Of a stretch of 26,180 nucleotides of DNA, positions 5,664-11,769 are shown piece after piece. The first letter of the stretch is position 1. Every line of letters begins with the position of its first letter. The stretch spans positions 1-26,180 of IMG/VR virus record IMGVR_UViG_3300017766_004685; one strand, given 5' to 3'. The DNA is from a virus. Lineage: Duplodnaviria; Caudoviricetes. Under the pieces are notes generated by a model, which was not told the origin of the DNA, ran no database searches, and saw only the letters and a list, made by a program, of their open reading frames with translations. The translations under genes and the position numbers were made by a program.

Positions 5664-6302
5664 CTACCAGTCGGCATCAGGCGCCGCCTGGACCGGCGCC
5701 GCGGACTGCTCCTCAGCCTTGGCGGGTGGGTAGAGATCGTCGGAGGGATCCTCCGACATCTCGGCCCAAAGACTGGCGTACCGCGAAGGCTTGTGGCCCT
5801 CGTGGTACTTGGCGATCCAGGAGTAGGTCGTACCCCTGGACGCGGACCGATGCGTCGTCCTGACGCAAACGATCTTGGCCCCTGATGTGGCGCTCTGCCA
5901 CGCCAGGTAGTCCACGTCGCTCTCCGCGTATGCGGAGAGTCCGTGGAGGAACTCGTCAATTTCCTCCACGGAGCAGCTTTCGTACTCGCCTCTCAGCGAG
6001 TACATCTCGTTGTGGAGACGAGCCTCCACCGCATCCAGCTTTTGCTTGGTTTCCAGCCAAGCAAAAGATGAAGCGCTAACGAACTGTTCATTGAGAGCCG
6101 CTTCGCGACCCCCGAAGGACAGGCAATTCATGGGGCATCTCCGCCCCAATCGAAATGCCTGGGAAAACTGCCACTTTTCCAAGTGCAGCTCCTCGACCGG
6201 CTTTCCGTCCCACTTGGGCTCAGGCCCACAGTGGTCGGAAAGGTTACAGCCGAGCCTCACGATCGAGGCCCAGCTTACTGACTTAGTGAGCACGATTGGC
6301 AT
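5664..6302 (-). CDS. Hypothetical protein (212 aa)
   Basis: SD AAAGGAG. Bounded by its own promoter and terminator. No motif recognised. Confidence 0.8.
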   Translation of the reverse strand: MPIVLTKSVSWASIVRLGCNLSDHCGPEPKWDGKPVEELHLEKWQFSQAFRLGRRCPMNCLSFGGREAALNEQFVSASSFAWLETKQKLDAVEARLHNEMYSLRGEYESCSVEEIDEFLHGLSAYAESDVDYLAWQSATSGAKIVCVRTTHRSASRGTTYSWIAKYHEGHKPSRYASLWAEMSEDPSDDLYPPAKAEEQSAAPVQAAPDADW

Positions 6303-6390
6303 GTGCCCACTCCTTTCTGCCGCAAGTTAGCGGCAAGGGCTCATGGACCGCATGAGTACGGATGCAGCCTTCAGCTAAACTGCATTAGAT

Positions 6391-6419
6391 ATAAATACCG
6401 CAAAACACCGGCTATTTTA
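6391..6419 (-). promoter_or_regulatory. Phage promoter TAAAATA-N10-TGCGGTATTTAT
   Basis: One of four copies with identical spacing. Confidence 0.8.
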
Positions 6420-6432
6420 ATCCCCTGTTGAA

Positions 6433-6470
6433 TAGCTAAAAAAGATCCCTACTTACCCAAGGTAAGGATC
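6433..6470 (-). terminator. Intrinsic terminator with TTTTAGCTA tail
   Basis: GATCC-TTACC-TTG-GGTAA-GTAG-GGATC-TTTTTT-AGCTA. Confidence 0.75.
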
Positions 6471-6697
6471 AGTTGATCGACCACGTCCTGGCACCCCGAG
6501 TGCAGGACAAGGCCGATCTTCCTTAATTGCTGCTTCCGGCCAAGAGTTATCTTGGACTCGCCCTGGGCCCGCAGGCTTACAGGTGCCGGAGACTTTGGCC
6601 GTAGCCGTGCCAGGGACAGCATCCCTGGCATCCCAATGCTCCGTCTTGGACTACCCTGGGGCTTCGGGGAATTCGAAGCTGGTCCAGGGTACCTTGG
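6471..6697 (-). ncRNA. Candidate structured 3' UTR or ncRNA (~230 nt)
   Basis: Five hairpins and an internal direct repeat between a stop codon and the terminator. No SD-supported ORF. Confidence 0.5.
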
Positions 6698-7114
6698 TCA
6701 GCGGCAGAACCGCTTGACCGAGATTGCCTTCGACACACGGTCCACCACGAAGATCGTGGCAACCTTGGTGTATCGGGCAATCTCCCCCGACTCCTGCAGG
6801 CACTGCAGGGTGGGGAAGGGAACCAGGATGACGTCGACGTCGACGTTATCCTGCAAGATGTCCAGCTCATGACGGATGGTGTCCGTCATGGTGAACTTCT
6901 TGGTCACCACGTCCATGACCTTGCCGTTCGGCAGGGTCGTGGGAGTGATGACGTCGTCCGACCCCATGGACAGGGCCTTGGCCCGCTCCGAAGAGCAAGC
7001 CTCAAGGACCTGTCCCGACTCGAAGTTGAACGGATGCGGTGAACTGAAGTTCACCACGTTCAACCCCGAGGTCAGGGTCAGTGACGGAGCATTCTCAACA
7101 GTGAGAGTGCTCAT
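6698..7114 (-). CDS. Hypothetical protein with NFSSPH motif, probably leaderless
   Basis: 138-aa ORF. The ATG lies 5 nt after the promoter TATATA box and there is no SD. Confidence 0.8.
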   Translation of the reverse strand: MSTLTVENAPSLTLTSGLNVVNFSSPHPFNFESGQVLEACSSERAKALSMGSDDVITPTTLPNGKVMDVVTKKFTMTDTIRHELDILQDNVDVDVILVPFPTLQCLQESGEIARYTKVATIFVVDRVSKAISVKRFCR

Positions 7115-7118
7115 ATGT

Positions 7119-7147
7119 ATATATACCGCAAAACAAGGGGTATTTTA
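7119..7147 (-). promoter_or_regulatory. Phage promoter TAAAATA-N10-TGCGGTATATAT
   Basis: Repeated motif with fixed spacing. Confidence 0.8.
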
Positions 7148-7159
7148 GGCGGTGGGAGC

Positions 7160-7201
7160 TAGCTAAAAAAACCCCTACGCTCATGGCGTATTGAAGGGGT
7201 T
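7160..7201 (-). terminator. Bulged-hairpin terminator repeat, copy 2
   Basis: AACCCC-TTCAA-TACGC-CATGA-GCGTA-GGGGTT-TTTTT-AGCTA, 5 nt after a TGA stop. Confidence 0.85.
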
Positions 7202-7206
7202 GAGCC

Positions 7207-7419
7207 TCAGTAACCTGGGATTTCCAGGCGCTGAAGCTCCTTGCCTTGCTCATCCCGAAGGATGGCAAGGGAGTGGTCGGGTCCCGGAAACGAGATCCGG
7301 GTGTACCATAGCTCCACTGACGCCCCGGCAGGCGCGTCAGGGAACCACCTAGCCGACTCGGCGGGAGTCGGCTGCGGACCTCGATAGTACATATCGAGGG
7401 AAGGATTAACAGGAGCCAT
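7207..7419 (-). CDS. Small hypothetical protein (70 aa)
   Basis: SD GGAGG. Ends FPGPDHSLAILRDEQGKELQRLEIPGY. Bounded by its own promoter and terminator. Confidence 0.75.
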   Translation of the reverse strand: MAPVNPSLDMYYRGPQPTPAESARWFPDAPAGASVELWYTRISFPGPDHSLAILRDEQGKELQRLEIPGY

Positions 7420-7494
7420 CGGAGGCCCTCCGTCGTAGTCCTAGCCGTATTCATCTAGGCACCCCCTAGATCGAATCGGAAAGACCCTACATGT

Positions 7495-7522
7495 ATAATA
7501 GCTCGGTATTGTTTTATTTTTA
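7495..7522 (-). promoter_or_regulatory. Phage promoter variant TAAAAAT-N15-TATTAT
   Basis: Same 22-nt offset. The downstream TATTATAC(T)ATGTAGG is shared with the 8676-8703 copy. Confidence 0.65.
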
Positions 7523-7533
7523 GCCATGGCTGA

Positions 7534-7578
7534 TAGCTAAAAAAACCCCCCTGCGCTCATGGCGCATTGAAGGGGGGT
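7534..7578 (-). terminator. Bulged-hairpin terminator repeat, copy 3
   Basis: ACCCCCC-TTCAA-TGCGC-CATGA-GCGCA-GGGGGGT-TTTTTT-AGCTA, with compensatory changes relative to copies 1 and 2. Confidence 0.85.
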
Positions 7579-7585
7579 GTGGTGG

Positions 7586-8275
7586 TTAGCTATGCCACCA
7601 CCACCACAACCGTCCGAAGAACCCTGGGTTCTCCAGGGCTTCAACGGTCTTCTCGTCCTTCAGGCGCTCGGCCTGAATGACCTCGATCACTTCCTCCGAC
7701 CGCGGGGCTGCCTTGAGCAGCGCCGCGTATTCGGGGATGTGGAGCTTGTCCTGCCCCAGTACGGCCCGGGTGTGGGCCTCTTGCAGGCGCTGTACAACCG
7801 CCACCTTCACGGTGGCAATCTCAGCCTTCTCGGCCTCAGCCAGGCTCATGGCCTGGCTGTAGACCCGGCCGAACCCAACCGGCTTCTCGACCTCATTTCC
7901 GGCGTAGACCGGAACGAGCTTGTCGAAGCTTTCCCCAGCGTACTGGGTGTAGGTCTTGGGCTTCTCGTTGGTGAGGGCGTCCACATCGCGGGAGATCTCG
8001 ATGTCGACATCCCGGGCGGGATCGATGGTGCTTCCCGGCTCTCGCAGCAGAGCTGCGACTTCCTTGAACTCCGCGAGCTGCGCGGAAAGCTTGACCTTGT
8101 CGGTCAAGCTGCTGGCCTTGGCCAGCGCGTCCTCGACCTTGCTGATGTCCGCCTGGACCTTGGTCAGCAGATCCTGCTTGACCGAAGAACCCATGATGAT
8201 CGGCGGCTGGGGCTGGGAAGCCCAGGTGCTGCAGCAGAACATGGAGGCGACGATGATTGCGATGATGTTGCGCAT
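7586..8275 (-). CDS. Predicted exported alpha-helical protein with aromatic C-terminus
   Basis: Start re-set to ATG 8275. Signal-like MRNIIAIIVASMFCCSTWA, helical body, ends PGFFGRLWWWWHS. Confidence 0.75.
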   Translation of the reverse strand: MRNIIAIIVASMFCCSTWASQPQPPIIMGSSVKQDLLTKVQADISKVEDALAKASSLTDKVKLSAQLAEFKEVAALLREPGSTIDPARDVDIEISRDVDALTNEKPKTYTQYAGESFDKLVPVYAGNEVEKPVGFGRVYSQAMSLAEAEKAEIATVKVAVVQRLQEAHTRAVLGQDKLHIPEYAALLKAAPRSEEVIEVIQAERLKDEKTVEALENPGFFGRLWWWWHS

Positions 8276-8365
8276 CGGTAGTCCCGGCTTTTGGCCGGGC
8301 CTCAAGAGAGTACAGGTCAAACCTCAGGAAACCCTCCCGAGCGAATACCTATACAGGCTCTATAT

Positions 8366-8394
8366 ATTAATACCGCAAATACCCCCCTATTTTA
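8366..8394 (-). promoter_or_regulatory. Phage promoter TAAAATA-N10-TGCGGTATTAAT
   Basis: Repeated motif with fixed spacing. Confidence 0.8.
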
Positions 8395-8407
8395 GCCCTG
8401 GGAGCCA

Positions 8408-8439
8408 TAGCTAAAAGAAACACCCTTTCGGGGGTTTCT
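8408..8439 (-). terminator. Intrinsic terminator with GAAA tetraloop and TTTTAGCTA tail
   Basis: AGAAACCCCC-GAAA-GGGTGTTTCT-TTT-AGCTA. Confidence 0.75.
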
Positions 8440-8617
8440 GCTTTCCCATTTGGGGAGGCTGCCTCGGGACCCATCCCGTACCGGTGGTATTCCGGCTTTC
8501 GCTAACTTAATAGTCAGCCATACACCTAGGCAGGTCAATGTATGGAGGAAGGCCTTGCACCTTCTCGGTAGGCCTAGGTCTACAGGAACATCCTGCAGAA
8601 CACCTATACAGCCTCTA
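8408..8617 (-). ncRNA. Candidate independently transcribed small RNA (~200 nt)
   Basis: Lies between tandem promoters (8621-8703) and the 8408 terminator. The ATGs here open only 3-4-codon ORFs or one frame running through the terminator. Tiled with short hairpins. Confidence 0.65.
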
Positions 8618-8620
8618 TGT

Positions 8621-8649
8621 ATATATACCGCATTTGGGGCGGTATTTTA
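8621..8649 (-). promoter_or_regulatory. Phage promoter TAAAATA-N10-TGCGGTATATAT
   Basis: Repeated motif with fixed spacing. Confidence 0.8.
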
Positions 8650-8675
8650 CATTACTAATATAGGACCTACATAGT

Positions 8676-8703
8676 ATAATAACACAAAAAGGCCCCTTTT
8701 TTA
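8676..8703 (-). promoter_or_regulatory. Phage promoter variant TAAAAAA-N15-TATTAT
   Basis: Same 22-nt offset. The upstream box sits in the loop of the 8686-8714 terminator. Confidence 0.6.
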
Positions 8704-8714
8704 GGGGCCTTTTT
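8686..8714. terminator. Potentially bidirectional intrinsic terminator after the portal-like gene
   Basis: AAAAAGGCCCCT-TTTTT-AGGGGCCTTTTT is a perfect inverted repeat with T tracts on both strands. Confidence 0.8.
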
Positions 8715-8733
8715 AGGGGTATTTGGAGGGTAT

Positions 8734-10569
8734 TCAGACCCCTGGTGGAGGAGGCTGTCGAAGCTGTTCCCGAGCCTGGCCTTCCGCCTGCTGGGTAGCC
8801 TGGTCGAGCATGCTCTTGACCACAGCATGCAGATTGGGATCCTGGCCCTTGATCTGCTCCAGGATCTGCCTGCGCATTGAGGATCCCAGCGGAGCAGTAG
8901 CCATGATCTCGTTGACCCGGGCCTGGGCATCGGCATAGAAGGTCTCCAGGTCCTTTGCCATGCCTCCTACGCCTGCTCCAGCCACTCCGTTCATAGGCAT
9001 AGGAGGTACTCCGCCTGGCATTGGGGCTGGTCCACCCATGGGCATGCCCGGAGGGGCGATTCCAGCCCCTGGAGGAGCAGCCATGATCTGCTCGTTCTCC
9101 TCCGCCTTGCGCATGCGGTCCATGTAGGACTTCTCCTCCTTCATCTTGAACTCCTGTTCCGCCTGACGCTTCTTGAAGGTGTCCTTCCAGTCGAGGCCGA
9201 ACAGGTTGAGCACGTCCTGCTCCGCTGCAACACCCTGCATCATCATCTGGAGCATGAGCATTCTGCGCTCGATGTCGTCTGCATGGGTGGGTCGGGTCAG
9301 GGATACCTCGCAAGGCACCCAGTTCAGGATGGCGCTTACGCGGTCCACTATCCAAGAGAGGGCTCCTTGCAGTGCGGAAAGGAACATCGCCTCTCCTGCC
9401 TCGAATAGCCTTGCGGCAAAGGGGGCTGTCTGGGCACTTAGGTTCTTGCGGTACAGCTCTACGGGCACTCCTAGGCCGTTGAGGAAGTCAGACTGCGCCT
9501 GGTCAAGCAGCTGGGGTACTACGAAGGCCTTGCCCTCGCCGCCCAGCAACTGGTAGTTAACAGGAACGGACATCCACTGCCAGCCGGTAGGATCCTTTCT
9601 GGCACGTTCGATGGATCTAAGTACCTGCTGGCCGAACGAGGCTATGTTCACGCCTTTCATGAAGTCGCCGCCTGCTCCCACCGAGGCAGGTGTGACGAAC
9701 CTGATGGGCAGCATGTGGTCCAGGGCTATGGCTTCGTTGTTGCGCTTGAGTATCTGGGCCAGGTATGCATCCCGGAACCCTGCTATGACAGGAGGCAGAC
9801 CCCATTCGCCCATACGTATGTCGCTGAGGTTGCCGATGGACAGGTGGTACATCATGCCGTCAGCGAACTGGAACAGCGTGTTTGCCCTCACGGCCTGCAC
9901 CATACCCCATGGCACTTCCTCAAGGTACTTCTTGTTGCCGCTCTGGATCATGCTGACGTCCTGGCTAGGCACTTCGTAGAAGTACTCCGGTGATCCACCG
10001 TATGGCTGGGAGACTATGCGGATCTGCTTGATCGGCCAGCGCTTCAGCTTTATGCGGTTCTCCTCCAGGGTAGGTCTGTCCTCGGGGTTCAAAGCCTGGG
10101 CGGAGGCCTTGCAGGAAGGGCACTGGAAGGTGAAGCCGTTCTTGAGGTTGAACTTGTAGTCCAGCTGCTGGATCGGCCTTACGGCGGAGCACTTGTCGCA
10201 CTGCAGGAAGCGCTTGAACGGAGCAAGAATGGAGATGCAGCTGTTGCCGTACACCTTCACGTCCCGCCCGATCATGAACAGTTCGCTCTGTATGTCGAGC
10301 TTCTGTTTCATGAACTTCCTGTATTCGGCCGACTTCTCCTCGTCGGCGGTAACCACGTTTATGTCCGTGCCCGTGAAGTACGACACCACGTATTCGACGG
10401 CCTGGGCAAAGGTGCGGTTGCTGTAGTACATCGCCTCCGCTATCTCGAATGCTTCGTTCAGGTTGGTAGGCAGGTACAGCGACGCATAGTCGAGGAACGG
10501 GCTAGGCACGTGCTCCGAGTGGGAGAGTGAGCGGCGCTGCGAGAAGTTTGGAGTCGAGAAGTCTGGCAT
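8734..10569 (-). CDS. Probable phage portal protein with a Zn-ribbon-like insertion and a Pro/Gly/Met-rich tail
   Basis: 611 aa. Portal-like segments GRDVKVYGNSCI and EWGLPPVIAGF...ILKRNNEAIA, plus CDKC...CPSC. The CDS is clear; the function is pattern-based. Confidence 0.55.
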   Translation of the reverse strand: MPDFSTPNFSQRRSLSHSEHVPSPFLDYASLYLPTNLNEAFEIAEAMYYSNRTFAQAVEYVVSYFTGTDINVVTADEEKSAEYRKFMKQKLDIQSELFMIGRDVKVYGNSCISILAPFKRFLQCDKCSAVRPIQQLDYKFNLKNGFTFQCPSCKASAQALNPEDRPTLEENRIKLKRWPIKQIRIVSQPYGGSPEYFYEVPSQDVSMIQSGNKKYLEEVPWGMVQAVRANTLFQFADGMMYHLSIGNLSDIRMGEWGLPPVIAGFRDAYLAQILKRNNEAIALDHMLPIRFVTPASVGAGGDFMKGVNIASFGQQVLRSIERARKDPTGWQWMSVPVNYQLLGGEGKAFVVPQLLDQAQSDFLNGLGVPVELYRKNLSAQTAPFAARLFEAGEAMFLSALQGALSWIVDRVSAILNWVPCEVSLTRPTHADDIERRMLMLQMMMQGVAAEQDVLNLFGLDWKDTFKKRQAEQEFKMKEEKSYMDRMRKAEENEQIMAAPPGAGIAPPGMPMGGPAPMPGGVPPMPMNGVAGAGVGGMAKDLETFYADAQARVNEIMATAPLGSSMRRQILEQIKGQDPNLHAVVKSMLDQATQQAEGQAREQLRQPPPPGV

Positions 10570-10578
10570 CTTGGTCCT

Positions 10579-10914
10579 TTATTCCATGTCCTGGTCGGAG
10601 ACCTTGGCTATGAGGCTTCGTGCAAAGTCGTTTCCGCCCAGTACAGCCCAGTCGTAGGCGTTGAGGCCATCGTCGTCGGGGACATCCGGATCCAGCATTG
10701 GATTGGCGATTACGTAGAACGAGATCAGGTAGCTTACGATGGTGGGTTTTCCGGCATAGCATGCCACCATGAGCACGTTGCGGTTGCGCTTGTCCTTCAG
10801 CTCGATCAGCTTTGGGAACTTGTCCAGCAGGGCATTCACCGCAAACAGGTTGTCGGTTACCACTGCCGATATGAAGACAGGGATTGCGTCCTCGATGTTA
10901 TTTATGATCTTCAT
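10579..10914 (-). CDS. Ankyrin-repeat protein
   Basis: DKRNRNVLMVACYAGKPTIVSYLI and DDDGLNAYDWAVLGGNDFARSLI ankyrin consensus. SD AAGGAG. Confidence 0.88.
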   Translation of the reverse strand: MKIINNIEDAIPVFISAVVTDNLFAVNALLDKFPKLIELKDKRNRNVLMVACYAGKPTIVSYLISFYVIANPMLDPDVPDDDGLNAYDWAVLGGNDFARSLIAKVSDQDME

Positions 10915-11059
10915 CTGGCTGCACTCCTTTCGCCTTGCAGCGACACTTGCAGAAGCCTGAGCATGCCCTGGATGATATCTCGTCCGAGGCTGTCTTCACC
11001 TCGTTTGACTCGGACTCACCCTCGACCACGCCTTTTTTTATGAAGTCTTCATTTTGCAT
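10898..11059 (-). CDS. Small Cys-rich hypothetical protein (53 aa, not in the ORF track)
   Basis: Hand translation MQNEDFIKKGVVEGESESNEVKTASDEISSRACSGFCKCRCKAKGVQPDEDHK*. AAGGA upstream; overlaps the ankyrin start. Confidence 0.6.
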   Translation of the reverse strand: MQNEDFIKKGVVEGESESNEVKTASDEISSRACSGFCKCRCKAKGVQPDEDHK

Positions 11060-11118
11060 TTTAGTTAAATCCTTTTACGAAACTCTGCAAAACGATTCAT
11101 ACTTTTAGTTAGAATTTT

Positions 11119-11754
11119 TTACGGTTCAATCACTCTAAGCACATATATGTACTTTTCATTTTGCACATCCTGCAACTCTATGTTGAGGGTCTGGCACTTT
11201 AGCCTTGTGCCATTCACCGTGCAATAGAATTCAGGCACGGTTATTTTACCATGTTCATCCAGTTCTGCGACAGGAGGCAACCAGGAAGGCTTGCCTAGCT
11301 TGGCATCTATCTTTACCTCCAGCAGCAGCCATCCTTGGCCTGCACGGGCCTTGGCAGCAGGAGTATAGATAGTATTTAAACAATCTATTGCCATGGTAAG
11401 GCCGTACCATTCCACGTACACGGTCTGGCCGATCGGTGCTGGGCTAGGACTTGCATAGCTAAAAGAAACCCCCTCGCCTGATGGCGATGGGGGCTCCTTA
11501 TTGAGTTGTGGCTGCTCCGATGCCTTGAGTCCACCTTCACCAGCCTCCAGCATGGCGCCGTTCAAAAGAACAGGCACCGCACCTATAGGCTTGGCAAAGT
11601 TGCGCTTTTCAGCGGCAGGAGGCACAGGGATATTGTCCACCACGGTCCAGCCCTTCGTGTTGTCCGTTATTTTCCGTACGGGGTTTCTGCCTGCCGATCT
11701 CATGGCAGGGGACAGACCTAGCGGGGAGTTGGGCTTGGAGGAGGACTTGGCCAT
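11119..11754 (-). CDS. Hypothetical protein (211 aa)
   Basis: The ORF fills the gap in the operon. Low-complexity N-terminal half, beta-rich-looking C-terminal half. Confidence 0.75.
   Translation of the reverse strand: MAKSSSKPNSPLGLSPAMRSAGRNPVRKITDNTKGWTVVDNIPVPPAAEKRNFAKPIGAVPVLLNGAMLEAGEGGLKASEQPQLNKEPPSPSGEGVSFSYASPSPAPIGQTVYVEWYGLTMAIDCLNTIYTPAAKARAGQGWLLLEVKIDAKLGKPSWLPPVAELDEHGKITVPEFYCTVNGTRLKCQTLNIELQDVQNEKYIYVLRVIEP
11456..11497 (-). terminator. Intragenic terminator of the TTTTAGCTA family
   Basis: GCCCCC-A-TCGCC-ATCA-GGCGA-GGGGGT-TTCTTTT-AGCTA inside the 11119..11754 ORF. Confidence 0.7.
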
Positions 11755-11769
11755 GGTGGATTGGATTGA

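Noticed and set aside
6449-6631. 60-aa minus-strand ORF
   Set aside because: It starts inside a 9-bp hairpin with no good SD, ends inside the terminator stem and has atypical composition.
5616-7578. CRISPR array or integron attC array from the ~43-nt repeats
   Set aside because: Spacing is about 0.4-1.5 kb with whole genes between copies, each copy ends in a T tract right after a stop codon, and there are no cas or intI genes and no RYYYAAC/GTTRRRY ends.
5616-8416. SAM-II/SAM-V riboswitch from plus-strand TAGCTAAAA
   Set aside because: The upstream P1 and pseudoknot elements are absent and no plus-strand genes follow.
8494-8519. Hammerhead ribozyme (CUGA...GAAA)
   Set aside because: It reads CUGACUA rather than CUGANGA, and these bases form a simple hairpin.
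11751-11769. Kozak-like CCACCATGG suggesting a eukaryotic virus
   Set aside because: It is a single instance. SD sites, coupled operons, a sigma factor and intrinsic terminators indicate a bacteriophage.
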